Assembly (NCBI GenBank): GCA_964602665.1
Contig: CAZRRH010000002.1
Span: forward strand, 62,171-126,170
Direction: 5' to 3'
Length of the DNA: 64,000 bases
Source: an uncultured Candidatus Saccharibacteria bacterium
GTDB lineage: Bacteria > Patescibacteriota > Dojkabacteria > SC72 > WJKH01
The notes below the pieces were generated by a model, which searched no databases, was not told the DNA's origin, and worked only from the letters and a program-made list of their open reading frames with translations. Positions within the stretch are counted from its first letter, which is position 1. Each line of letters starts with the position of its first letter. The translations under genes were made by a program, and so were the position numbers. Positions 49,903-59,767 of the stretch are shown in pieces.

Positions 49903-52049
49903 AAAAAAAGATACTACTAACAGTCCTTGTTACAAGCGCTATATCAGCACTCCTTCTAGCTTTGTCATCGTATATGAGCAAAGACTTGCAGGTCAAGCCA
50001 ATTGATTCGCTCGATCAGCTGTATTTATCTAAGTATATTTCTCAAGGTAGTGCAGGACTAAGTGTGTCGACTACAGATCAAAACGCAGATAAACTTGTCC
50101 CATACACCAAGGAGTCTTATGTATCAGCACAAACCGCACAAAACACTCCTTATTCTAATTATAAATATGAGGGCGCGTATTTACCAAAAGAATCGTATTA
50201 TAAAAGGTTAGATTTCTCAGAGTATTATGGCCTTAAAACGGTTATATCCCTTTGTAAAGACGAGTATTTTTACACATCAGAGGTTGGAGAGGAATTTATT
50301 ACTCACAATCAGTCAAGAGATCATGAATATCTTCTTAACCGCAAATTAAGCGATATTGCAAAATGCAATGTCTCGGTACTTAAGTTTGATGATACAAATC
50401 TACTTCAAAATCTCCAAACCAGTAAAGATTTTCCTGCTGTTTTAAGTGATCACAGACTGGCACTCTCAAGCGAGAGAAGTTACACTATTGATGAGAATGG
50501 GCAAGCAGGTATATTGATAGAAGTTAAGGAAAAACCAGCATATTATGCTCAAAGATATCTTGCTACGATAAAACCATTTGACGATTATCTTCTTGAGTTT
50601 AAGTATCAAGCGCATGACACCCTAAATCTTCGTTATGGAGTTAGATTATTTACACAAAAGTATCTTGATAGACAAACCGCAATGGAGCAAGAAGATTATG
50701 ATCCTATTGCCTGGAGTGATATTGACAATGAGTACACTGAATACTATTTTGACATTGCAAATGAGCAGTCGCATTTATTACAGCAGGTCGTTTCGACAAA
50801 CTTAGAAGATGTCATCGGAGTAGAGGTGATATATTATGCTGATTCGTGTACAAATGCCAGATATTCTTTTGGGATGCCTTCTCTCTACTCTTTGGTTTCA
50901 CAAGATAGTATTGATGAATATAAACAGGAATACTCTTTGTTGGCTGAACTTGTAAAAGTAGATTTACCTGCTAAATTGCCTGTATCCGAATTGGAATCTC
51001 CGTTTTATATTCTCAATAAGTCTGTGCAGTCAGAAGATGGCATATATACTACAGATGTCTACATAGCTAGTAATGACTATGCTCTGTATTTACTTGAGTT
51101 TGATGGCAAAGCATATACTATTACTGGTGAATTTGGCGAAATGGTGGTTGAAGATTATGATTGTGGTAAGGTTGTTATTGGCGATATAGCACTTGGCAAG
51201 ATAATGAATTTATCATTAAAGAGCGATAAGCCGGTTGATAGCATATCTTTGGAAAAGGCTACCTTTTACGATCCTTCATATTCAGAAACGCTTTTCAAAC
51301 TTGATAAAACTCAGTTTACAAGTGGCGATTATAAGTTAGTTCTATTAGAGAAACCTTATTCTCTCAAATATTATATAGCGGATTCTGATTATTATCATTA
51401 TATGACAAATGGTAATCAGAACTTATTTCTAATAAATAGTGATATAACTATATACCCCATAGGGTATAAAACAGCCGAAAGTATTAGAATATTGGCCTTT
51501 TTGATTATACCCATAGGGGTATTTATTATGCTTGTTTATCTTAACCGGTCTAAAATCGTTGGAATCTATAAAAAGATTAATAAATCTTATATCTATATAA
51601 ACACGCTTTTTTCAAGGAAGATTAGTATTCCACTGCTTAAATTCGTTTTTGACTCAAAGGAGATAAAATATAAGCATATTTTTGATACCAAAAGCAAATT
51701 TTGGGGTGAAATTGACATGATAATTGAGAAGATTGTTACTGATGTTATTAACAAGCCACTTGGGCTGATTTTTATCGTTGCAGGATGTATTCCTTTGATA
51801 TTTGCCCTATCTATACCTCTTAAATCTATTGCTATTCTGATCGTTTTCGCAATTATGTTGATTTGGCTTCTTTACGGATGGGATAGTAGGGTTTTGGGTC
51901 TTGTAGCGTTGATTTTTTTGTGTGCAGTGCCTGTTTTGCTGATTCTTAAAAAAGATGGCTATGCTGAAGGTTTTGCCATTATGGTCTACTTTTTCCTTGT
52001 TGCTAATGTCGCCGTGCAGGTTAAAGAAGGCCTAGAGCATAAGCAGTAG
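49899..52049 (+). CDS. Hypothetical membrane protein with large extracellular domain and C-terminal TM bundle
   Basis: 716 aa; N-terminal signal/TM; about 5 C-terminal TMs. Confidence 0.75.
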   Translation: MKKKILLTVLVTSAISALLLALSSYMSKDLQVKPIDSLDQLYLSKYISQGSAGLSVSTTDQNADKLVPYTKESYVSAQTAQNTPYSNYKYEGAYLPKESYYKRLDFSEYYGLKTVISLCKDEYFYTSEVGEEFITHNQSRDHEYLLNRKLSDIAKCNVSVLKFDDTNLLQNLQTSKDFPAVLSDHRLALSSERSYTIDENGQAGILIEVKEKPAYYAQRYLATIKPFDDYLLEFKYQAHDTLNLRYGVRLFTQKYLDRQTAMEQEDYDPIAWSDIDNEYTEYYFDIANEQSHLLQQVVSTNLEDVIGVEVIYYADSCTNARYSFGMPSLYSLVSQDSIDEYKQEYSLLAELVKVDLPAKLPVSELESPFYILNKSVQSEDGIYTTDVYIASNDYALYLLEFDGKAYTITGEFGEMVVEDYDCGKVVIGDIALGKIMNLSLKSDKPVDSISLEKATFYDPSYSETLFKLDKTQFTSGDYKLVLLEKPYSLKYYIADSDYYHYMTNGNQNLFLINSDITIYPIGYKTAESIRILAFLIIPIGVFIMLVYLNRSKIVGIYKKINKSYIYINTLFSRKISIPLLKFVFDSKEIKYKHIFDTKSKFWGEIDMIIEKIVTDVINKPLGLIFIVAGCIPLIFALSIPLKSIAILIVFAIMLIWLLYGWDSRVLGLVALIFLCAVPVLLILKKDGYAEGFAIMVYFFLVANVAVQVKEGLEHKQ

Positions 52050-52052
52050 TGA

Positions 52053-52337
52053 TTAATATATAGGTGAATGACAAATTTCCATGACTATTGTGTTATCATC
52101 TGTCGGGGGTGTAAATGTTATGGTATTTTTTTGGCCGTTTTTTCCAAATATAACGGAGAAGCCCTCTACATGGATAGTGAATGGAGTTAGTTCATCAGCT
52201 TGTATTTGGAGAGATGCTTTGGCGGGCTCGTAAATTCCTGTTGCTCCATTAAGATTATCTGTAGTTATTTTCCCTACGATATGGGATTGATTTAGAACTT
52301 CAGACGATCCTTTAGGTAGTCCATTAAACATTGTCAT
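52053..52337 (-). CDS. Small hypothetical protein
   Basis: 94 aa; TATAAT 6 nt upstream of ATG. Confidence 0.55.
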   Translation of the reverse strand: MTMFNGLPKGSSEVLNQSHIVGKITTDNLNGATGIYEPAKASLQIQADELTPFTIHVEGFSVIFGKNGQKNTITFTPPTDDNTIVMEICHSPIY

Positions 52338-52386
52338 ATTTTAATTATATCATAAGGCTGGCTGTATGTCAAGTGATTGCATTACT

Positions 52387-52734
52387 TCAATTAATATTTG
52401 AATCGCAAATATTTGTTAATGAGAACAATGGCGGCCCTTCTTGTGGACGAATACTTACTGTTGATGGTTCTTTAGCGTATGAAAAGGTCTCGCAAATGTA
52501 TCCGGCTAAGTCTAATGCTACTCCTCTTGCTGTTGTTGGACCAAGCGGCGTTAAGTATAGCTGTTGTAATTCTGAGTCAAAATAAGCGGCTACGGGAATT
52601 TCTTTAACAGTTGTTCCTGGGCCTTTTTCATTAGCACAAAGTTGTTGAAAACTAGCTGTAAAAAAGCCTACAGGTAAAACAACATTCCATGGTATATTTG
52701 ATTCAAATTTTGCCCTATTATTTCCGTCTTCCAT
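52387..52734 (-). CDS. Small hypothetical protein
   Basis: 115 aa; TATAAT 6 nt upstream of ATG. Confidence 0.55.
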   Translation of the reverse strand: MEDGNNRAKFESNIPWNVVLPVGFFTASFQQLCANEKGPGTTVKEIPVAAYFDSELQQLYLTPLGPTTARGVALDLAGYICETFSYAKEPSTVSIRPQEGPPLFSLTNICDSNIN

Positions 52735-52804
52735 GTTATCATTATATCATATCAAGGCCAAAAAGACAAGATATGTAATTAGGTAATAATAACATATTGT
52801 TAGG

Positions 52805-54253
52805 CTACTCTCTAGAGATAAACGCCTTAAAAATATAAGCAGAGTCGTCTTCAATGCAAACAGAAAAAATATTGTTGGAGAAGGCATCTTGGCAATCAGT
52901 AAATGGCTGATTAATGCTGTCATCTTGATTGCTTTCAAAGTTGTAAAATCTCAAAATAATGCTTGTAAGTTTATCGTTGGTATAGCTTTTGCTAACGCCC
53001 TTATCGGCAATAAATTCTATAACATCAGTAGTCTTATTGTAATCAAGCCTATATTTAGCTATCATCACTGAGCTATTTATGATAGATAAACCAATTGCAC
53101 AGACAATAACTAAATAGTAAATTTTCTTAAATCTCGCAATAACAAAGCTTAATATAGCAAAAACCATTACAGGAATAAAATATCTTCCAGGGTCAACGCT
53201 ATTATATAAATCAAAATATATCATATATATTGTCCCAAAGGTTAGAATTGACAGTGATGAAATTATGATAGTTAAGGCAGTTTTTTTGTCTTTTTTGAGG
53301 TTTTCGACAAGGCTAATGGCAAGAAGTACTGTTAGGATACCAAAAATTATAACATTGCTCAAATAGAAAGCGGTAAGAAGCCAACTTGGTACACTACCCA
53401 GTGTTGACAATTTATCAAGCGATGCAAACTCCCAAAAATACTCAAAACTTTGTTTTAATTGAGGTAAAAAGCGATCAAATCCGATAAATTTAAGTCTTAT
53501 ACTCTGACTTAGATCATTTGTACCTACATTTACATCTTGTACTGAGCCGTTTTTAGCAAACCAAGGAATATACCCTGCGATGCCAATCATTGTTGACAAT
53601 CCAAAGATCATAATATGCTTTATTTTAAACCAGTTTTTATATAGAAAGAGCAAGCAAAGTGATGGTAAAGCAAGAAATCCGGTTGGTTTTGTCATGAGCA
53701 TAAGCCAAATGATTAGTGCGAGCTTGATAAAAGATTTAGTATCTGGCTTAAAGCTATATACCACGCAAAGTGAAATAGAAAACAGCATCGCAAAAAGCAT
53801 GTCATTATGTATAGAAGCGCTCATTAAAATGCTCCAAGAAGTAAAAGAGGTTATCAAAATGGCAAATTTGCTTGCTTTATCGCTTATACCAATTAATCTT
53901 AAGAATTTATGCGAAAAATACGCCCAGCCCGTGAAAAAAAGCAGGTTAAGAAGTTTGATAAAAAAAGTGGCTGTAATAAATGGAAGTAAGCCCAGAAAAG
54001 GTGCTATTATAGCGATATAAAGTGGAGGATACCAAAAACTTAAATCAAGTTCTAGTAATTTGAAAGCAGATGGGATATAATTATCAATACCATCGGTAAA
54101 TAGCGTCGGTGGTGCTATAATAATTAAAATAAGGCGAAGAAGTAACGCAAGAAGAAAGCCGATTTTAAACCAATTCTTTTTTAGAAATATGCTAATATCT
54201 GTTATCACGCCAGTATATAAAGGAGAGAAGTTATTAGTACAGGATTTTACCAA
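52805..54253 (-). CDS. GT-C fold glycosyltransferase (ArnT/PMT-like)
   Basis: LRL..., DGIDNY, WYPPLY, HNDML, LMTK, PWF, GRY; multi-TM; start uncertain (GTG 54208 or TTG 54253). Confidence 0.75.
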   Translation of the reverse strand: MVKSCTNNFSPLYTGVITDISIFLKKNWFKIGFLLALLLRLILIIIAPPTLFTDGIDNYIPSAFKLLELDLSFWYPPLYIAIIAPFLGLLPFITATFFIKLLNLLFFTGWAYFSHKFLRLIGISDKASKFAILITSFTSWSILMSASIHNDMLFAMLFSISLCVVYSFKPDTKSFIKLALIIWLMLMTKPTGFLALPSLCLLFLYKNWFKIKHIMIFGLSTMIGIAGYIPWFAKNGSVQDVNVGTNDLSQSIRLKFIGFDRFLPQLKQSFEYFWEFASLDKLSTLGSVPSWLLTAFYLSNVIIFGILTVLLAISLVENLKKDKKTALTIIISSLSILTFGTIYMIYFDLYNSVDPGRYFIPVMVFAILSFVIARFKKIYYLVIVCAIGLSIINSSVMIAKYRLDYNKTTDVIEFIADKGVSKSYTNDKLTSIILRFYNFESNQDDSINQPFTDCQDAFSNNIFSVCIEDDSAYIFKAFISRE

Positions 54254-54890
54254 GAAATATAAGTATTTGCAATCAAGGTTTGGTGAGGGTAATTTTGAGA
54301 TGATTTATGTGTTTGATGGAGCATTACAAAATAACCCCAAAAAGCTACTAGATTTAAAGAATAAGTCGTTAAGAGTTGTTTTTAGAGCTGAAAATAAAGG
54401 CAAAGGATTCTCTGTTAAGGAGGGGTTCTCATTGGCCAAAGGAAAATTTCTATGCTTTATAGATTTTGATCCTGAGGTTCCTGTCAAATTCATTGGAGAT
54501 ATGTATGATGCTTTGATTAATAGCAATGCAGACTTTTGTATCGGTAACAGATTTGACAAAAAATCAATATATAAAACAGATCTTGTCCGTAAGAGCCTAT
54601 CAAGAGGCTATTTGGCGTTTAATAAAATGTTATTTGGGTCAAAATTCCCAGATAGTCAAGCGGGTATTAAAATGATAAGAAAAGACGGATATGATAAGAT
54701 TAAAAAAGATCTGACTGTAGATGGCTTTGCTTTTGATATTGAGCTAATAGAATCAGCTTTACACAGAGGATTAAAACTTGTTACTATACCAATCGAGTAT
54801 ATCCGAGAGGATAATATAAGCACAATTAAGCCAATAACGCCAATAAATATGGCCAAAGAGTCTGTAAAGATATGGAAAAAATCTTATTAA
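54189..54890 (+). CDS. GT2 polyprenyl/dolichyl-phosphate glycosyltransferase (DPG/DPM-like)
   Basis: ISVITPVY, NKGKGFSV, FIDFD, DSQAGIK, FAFDIEL. Confidence 0.88.
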   Translation: MLISVITPVYKGEKLLVQDFTKKYKYLQSRFGEGNFEMIYVFDGALQNNPKKLLDLKNKSLRVVFRAENKGKGFSVKEGFSLAKGKFLCFIDFDPEVPVKFIGDMYDALINSNADFCIGNRFDKKSIYKTDLVRKSLSRGYLAFNKMLFGSKFPDSQAGIKMIRKDGYDKIKKDLTVDGFAFDIELIESALHRGLKLVTIPIEYIREDNISTIKPITPINMAKESVKIWKKSY

Positions 54891-56041
54891 TAACAAAAAT
54901 CCCTTATCAAAACAAAGATCTTGATGGAATTGGAAGATACTCGCAAAACATTGTAAAAGGGTTTAAAAACACAAAGTTTATTATTATCGCCCAGAAAAGT
55001 GACGATAAGGTATCTGAAGATAAAGATATACATCGTGTGCTTGATATAAAAAGGCCATATCTTCTATGGACCAAAATTCCTTACATAATAAGGGTCGCAA
55101 AAAGAAGAAAAGTTCACCTCATGCATATACAATACGAGTTTTTCTCTTACGGGAGCGCTGTATGGGGTGCTGTATTTATTTATTTGCTTGGCATAAGCGC
55201 AAAAGTTTGTGGGATTAAGGCTGTTATGACTGTCCATCAGGTACCAACCCAAGATGAGATCAAAGAGATAATGGGAAGCGAGAGAACCGAGCTGTTTTTC
55301 TTTATAAAACAGTTTTATCAGCAGTGCGGTTATTTATACGAGATGATTGTACATGAGAAGGTGCTCGCTGATCGTCTTGTCAATGAATATAGGATAGCAC
55401 GCAGGAAAATTGTTGTAATAAATCATCCAATTCCGCAAAACAAAAAAATTCTGACAAAAACCAAATTCTCAAATGAGCAAATTATAAAGCAATATCAGGG
55501 TTATGAACGCAAAATTCTCTTTTTTGGATACTTATCATATTATAAAGGAATTGATCTTTTTATTGAGAGCATACTTTCTCTGCCTAAAAAAGATCTTAAC
55601 CGTACTGGAGTACTTATTGTTGGTGGATATAATCTACGCGATCAGAAAAAACCTGCTTATAAAAGCTGGATTGATGGTCTGAAAGCTAAAACAGCAAATA
55701 TCCCAAGTATCATGTGGTACGGATTTGCAAAAGATGAAGAAATCGATAATATATTCTCATTGTCAGATGCTCTGGTTTTATCTTATCGAAGCTGTTTTTC
55801 ATCAAGTGGGCCTTTTAGTTTTGCTGTCTCAAATGAGATCCCTGTTATTGTCTCAGAAAAGATGGTTTATCTGGAAGAGCTTGGTTATCCAGTTTTTGAC
55901 AACAGCAATTTTAATAAGATATTAGATGAAGTGATTAGCAAAAAAGAGAAATATGCTCAGCTTGCCCGCAAAATTAAAAAAGATCGAAGCTTAGTTAATA
56001 TGGAGCGCAAATTTCATGAAAATTTTATTAGGCGTACCTGA
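54872..56041 (+). CDS. GT4 glycosyltransferase (paralog of 40375..41559)
   Basis: HIQYEF, FGYLSYYKGID, SSSGPFSFA. Confidence 0.9.
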   Translation: MEKILLITKIPYQNKDLDGIGRYSQNIVKGFKNTKFIIIAQKSDDKVSEDKDIHRVLDIKRPYLLWTKIPYIIRVAKRRKVHLMHIQYEFFSYGSAVWGAVFIYLLGISAKVCGIKAVMTVHQVPTQDEIKEIMGSERTELFFFIKQFYQQCGYLYEMIVHEKVLADRLVNEYRIARRKIVVINHPIPQNKKILTKTKFSNEQIIKQYQGYERKILFFGYLSYYKGIDLFIESILSLPKKDLNRTGVLIVGGYNLRDQKKPAYKSWIDGLKAKTANIPSIMWYGFAKDEEIDNIFSLSDALVLSYRSCFSSSGPFSFAVSNEIPVIVSEKMVYLEELGYPVFDNSNFNKILDEVISKKEKYAQLARKIKKDRSLVNMERKFHENFIRRT

Positions 56042-57149
56042 GTATCCTCCGTATAACATTGGTGGTGGTGGCTTAGTATATGAAGCACTAGCTAATCATT
56101 ATCGTGATTTGGGACATGATGTTACAGTTCTATACGGTTTTTATCCAACAAAGAGCATATTTGACAGGACTAAGAGTTATACAGATAAAAAGATAAAATT
56201 TCATCAAATTCCGCTTATCCCGTATCCTAAAAAGATGCCTTTTTTACGTGGTGTGATGCCACCGAATCTTGCAGGCTTTATTAAAATGGTAAGAGTTGTT
56301 ATAAAGCAAAGACCTGATGTTGTCCATTTGCATGGATACGGTCAAGTTTTTGTAAACATGCTTGCGATTTTCTTAAAACTGTTAAAAATCCCTTATCTAT
56401 TAACATTTCATGGGTATAGTGATACTCAAAACAGTGCAGGTAAATTAGTAAAAATATTGTGGAACATATACGACAAATTGTTTAATAGTTTCACGATTAG
56501 AGGCGCGAGAAGGATTACATGTATTAGTAAATTTATTTGTGACGACAAACGAAATATCGGTAAAAGCAAGTCAGTCGTGATAAATAACGGTTTTGATTTT
56601 AGCATATATGACAACATAAAAACTGAAATTGATATTAAAAAGAAACATAATCTGCCTCAGAATGCAACAACAATCTTATCAATCGGTAGGATAAGCAAAA
56701 TGAAGGGCTTCCAATTAGTTGTAGAAAAACTTCCTGAGCTTATAAAAAACGGTTTAAATCCTTACTATTTTATAATGGGCGATGACGATGGTTATAGAGA
56801 TGAATTAGAAAATTTAATAAAGGAAGAAAAAGTACAAGATAGAGTTATCTTCTTGGGGTTTATGGGACCCAAAGATAAAAAAGTATACTTGGAGCAGTGT
56901 GATATCTTTGCGGCAGTGTCTTTATGGGAGCCGTTTGGGCTTATGGTTCTTGAGGCAATGTATTTTGGCAAACATATCTGGTCATCAGAAGTAGGCGGAA
57001 TCGGCGAATTATTGGCGGACTACAAATATAAAACAGTAATTGACAAGATCCCACGGATTGACAAACGAGAGTATAAATACGATATGAGTAAATACAAATG
57101 GGATAATATTGCAAAAGAATATATTAAATTATTACAAGAGATTTCTTAA
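56016..57149 (+). CDS. GT4 glycosyltransferase (paralog of 41556..42737)
   Basis: MKILLGVPEYPPYNIGGGG, EPFGLMVLEA. Confidence 0.92.
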   Translation: MKILLGVPEYPPYNIGGGGLVYEALANHYRDLGHDVTVLYGFYPTKSIFDRTKSYTDKKIKFHQIPLIPYPKKMPFLRGVMPPNLAGFIKMVRVVIKQRPDVVHLHGYGQVFVNMLAIFLKLLKIPYLLTFHGYSDTQNSAGKLVKILWNIYDKLFNSFTIRGARRITCISKFICDDKRNIGKSKSVVINNGFDFSIYDNIKTEIDIKKKHNLPQNATTILSIGRISKMKGFQLVVEKLPELIKNGLNPYYFIMGDDDGYRDELENLIKEEKVQDRVIFLGFMGPKDKKVYLEQCDIFAAVSLWEPFGLMVLEAMYFGKHIWSSEVGGIGELLADYKYKTVIDKIPRIDKREYKYDMSKYKWDNIAKEYIKLLQEIS

Positions 57150-58240
57150 TGAAAAAAAAGATTGCTGTTTGTATAACATATTACGAGCCGGGCGGACAAT
57201 CGGTAGTAGTGGAAGAAACGACTAAAAGATTTGCTAAATTTTATGATATTGATTTATACTGCGTTGGTGCGTCAAAACCTAAGCCTGCGTGGATAGACAA
57301 TTTATACCTAGTTAAGCCGTGGGTACATAAGTATATTCCAATAATCAATAAGCAGTTTATAAATGATATAAAATCTCGTAATTATGCGCTTATACATTGT
57401 CACGATTCGCTTCCCTTCTTAAACGCATTCTACAAAAACGGTATAAAATATATGGTAACTTGTCTTGGTAACACAGATTGGCAGTATAGAGATGGATTAG
57501 TATCAAAAATAGATGGTATTGCGAGTTTACTATTTTATGGTAGAGGATACAAAGAAGCTGTTAAAGTTATATCTATAAGCAAATACTTGCAAGAATGGCT
57601 TAAAAAGACTTATAAAGTTGAATCACAAGTAATAGATCTTGGTGCCAATACAGACAGATTTCACCCTACGCAAAAAGCAAATTGGAGAGACAAAAGATTT
57701 ATTTACTTTGGACAAATATCTTATCGCAAAGGCATTTTAGATCTTATTGAAATGTCTAGATTAATAAAAGATAAACATCCAGATTTTGTGCTTGAAATAT
57801 ATGGATTTGGCAAAGAAGAGTTTATGGAGAAAGTCCGAAATTTAATAAAAAAGCACAAACTAGAAAAAAATGTAAATTTAATCGGCTTTATAAAAGATGA
57901 GGAGCAAAATAGTAAGTATAACAGTGCTTTAGGTGTTATATCAGCTTCTTATTGGGAAGGATTTGGGTTGCCAATAATCGAGGCGTATAGATGTAACAGG
58001 CCAATCTTTGTTAGAAACAGAACCGCCATGAAAGATCTTGTAATTGATGAGAGATTTCGATTTGATGATGTTGATCAGCTTGTTGGGAAACTAGATTATT
58101 TTCTTTCAAATGAGAAAGAGTTTAGAGATATTGATTGGACAACTAAGCTTGATAGTGAAAAGTTCAGTTGGGATTTTAACTCTAAAAGATATTTGGATAT
58201 TATCGAGGAGATTATTGCCAATACGATGGTAATAGAGTGA
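57149..58240 (+). CDS. GT4 glycosyltransferase (copy 2 of near-identical pair)
   Basis: Same protein sequence as 43567..44658 except at the termini. Confidence 0.92.
   Translation: MKKKIAVCITYYEPGGQSVVVEETTKRFAKFYDIDLYCVGASKPKPAWIDNLYLVKPWVHKYIPIINKQFINDIKSRNYALIHCHDSLPFLNAFYKNGIKYMVTCLGNTDWQYRDGLVSKIDGIASLLFYGRGYKEAVKVISISKYLQEWLKKTYKVESQVIDLGANTDRFHPTQKANWRDKRFIYFGQISYRKGILDLIEMSRLIKDKHPDFVLEIYGFGKEEFMEKVRNLIKKHKLEKNVNLIGFIKDEEQNSKYNSALGVISASYWEGFGLPIIEAYRCNRPIFVRNRTAMKDLVIDERFRFDDVDQLVGKLDYFLSNEKEFRDIDWTTKLDSEKFSWDFNSKRYLDIIEEIIANTMVIE
57182..58180 (+). repeat. ~999-bp direct repeat, copy 2
   Basis: Matches 43603-44601. Confidence 0.9.
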
Positions 58241-58358
58241 TGTCCACGGCAAGTAGATTATGCTAACAAGAGTTATTAATTAAATTTGACCGCAAAAAAT
58301 CCATTTAGTAAAGAGTTTTTAGGCGTGAGCATATTCTAAATTATCGGTAAAGTAAATC

Positions 58359-59687
58359 TTAGGCCGATTTCGCAATTGCTTTTCTGCTTTGTACGAGAAT
58401 AAAAAGGACATTAGTTACAATGAAGATTGCTGCTAAAACAGCTGTGGCATACGCGATATGAAATAGTGAGCCTGAGAAAACATACAAAACAATAATGAAC
58501 GATGTCGCGTATATGAAAATGAGTGTTCGTTCAACTTTATTATCAGGGACTGTTTTTAGCATATATATAAATAGGTAGTATACAAAAGTATTAAGAAACC
58601 AAGCTAGGCCAAACCAGAGAGAATAGCCGGATAAAAAATACTCTTCATATCCTACAAATGATAATATGGCTCCCGGTGCTAACCATTCTGCTATAAAAAC
58701 AGCTCCGTATGAAAGAGAAATAAGCGCTAAAGATACACCTAAAATTTGTACTAAATATTTGCTTATATGCTTTTTACCCTCTGCCATAAGGTCTTTACCT
58801 GTCAATACAACAACAAGACTTGTGCTTATAAAAAGTGGAAATTTATAGAGGAAAGCATAAGTTGTATAAATAACATAATTGGTATCTGAAAGTAGTGATT
58901 TTAATACAATGCCATCTAAGCCAAAAAAGACAACTAGACTAAGTTGGATAAGCATATTTACCAGAATTTGAACCGTGTCAATTTTCAGATCTTTTGCTAG
59001 CTGTTTATTTTTGTTAACAAAGAATTTCTTAAGAAGCTCTTTAACGCTAATATTGTCCTCTTTTGCAACAGCTAAAAATGTAATATATGTGTTAATAAGC
59101 GGAGTTACTAAGAAGGCCGTAAAAAGTGGCCACACAGCACCATTGGAGACAAATAGTAATGTAAAAAGTGTCCTAGCAATAGGTGCAGTAAGTGCAAGTA
59201 ATCCTGTTAAAGTAAATTTCTCGCGGATAACGGCGATAGCTTGTGGAAATACAGCAATCATCCCAAGAGAGTTGGATATCAAAAGAAGGACGATTATTAA
59301 ACTTTCATCAACGGCAAGGGGTAAGTTTCTAATTATTATTATCGCACATATAATTATTGATATTATAAGATTTATAATTGAGGTTTTTTTAATAAGTATT
59401 GCGATAGCGTTAAACCGATCTTCTTGTTTAATTGCTGATAATTTTAATAAAATCCAGTTGTAAAGAGAGGAGGTTGCATAACCAAGAAGTCCCATTGTGT
59501 ATATTCCGAAGTTTAGAGTTGCCAAGTTAGTATCTGTTAGTTGCTTTACTTGTTTTTGTATGTAGAAGCCACCAACTTGTAATATGCTGCTAAGCGCAGA
59601 GAAAAAGATGACTTTAAAATATGACGAATAAAAAAATCTTGTTAAAAATGCAACAGGGCTATCTTTTTTTAAATTGTCATCTTTCAT
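58359..59687 (-). CDS. Putative MOP-superfamily (Wzx-like) oligosaccharide flippase
   Basis: About 12 TMs in two halves; LDGIVLKSLL...IYT..AFLYKFPLF; glycan-locus context. Confidence 0.65.
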   Translation of the reverse strand: MKDDNLKKDSPVAFLTRFFYSSYFKVIFFSALSSILQVGGFYIQKQVKQLTDTNLATLNFGIYTMGLLGYATSSLYNWILLKLSAIKQEDRFNAIAILIKKTSIINLIISIIICAIIIIRNLPLAVDESLIIVLLLISNSLGMIAVFPQAIAVIREKFTLTGLLALTAPIARTLFTLLFVSNGAVWPLFTAFLVTPLINTYITFLAVAKEDNISVKELLKKFFVNKNKQLAKDLKIDTVQILVNMLIQLSLVVFFGLDGIVLKSLLSDTNYVIYTTYAFLYKFPLFISTSLVVVLTGKDLMAEGKKHISKYLVQILGVSLALISLSYGAVFIAEWLAPGAILSFVGYEEYFLSGYSLWFGLAWFLNTFVYYLFIYMLKTVPDNKVERTLIFIYATSFIIVLYVFSGSLFHIAYATAVLAAIFIVTNVLFILVQSRKAIAKSA

Positions 59688-59767
59688 TAATCTTATATAT
59701 TATTACTAATTTATTTTACAAGAATCAGGTTTGATTATACCATAAAAATATATTATAATCAGCCTTA

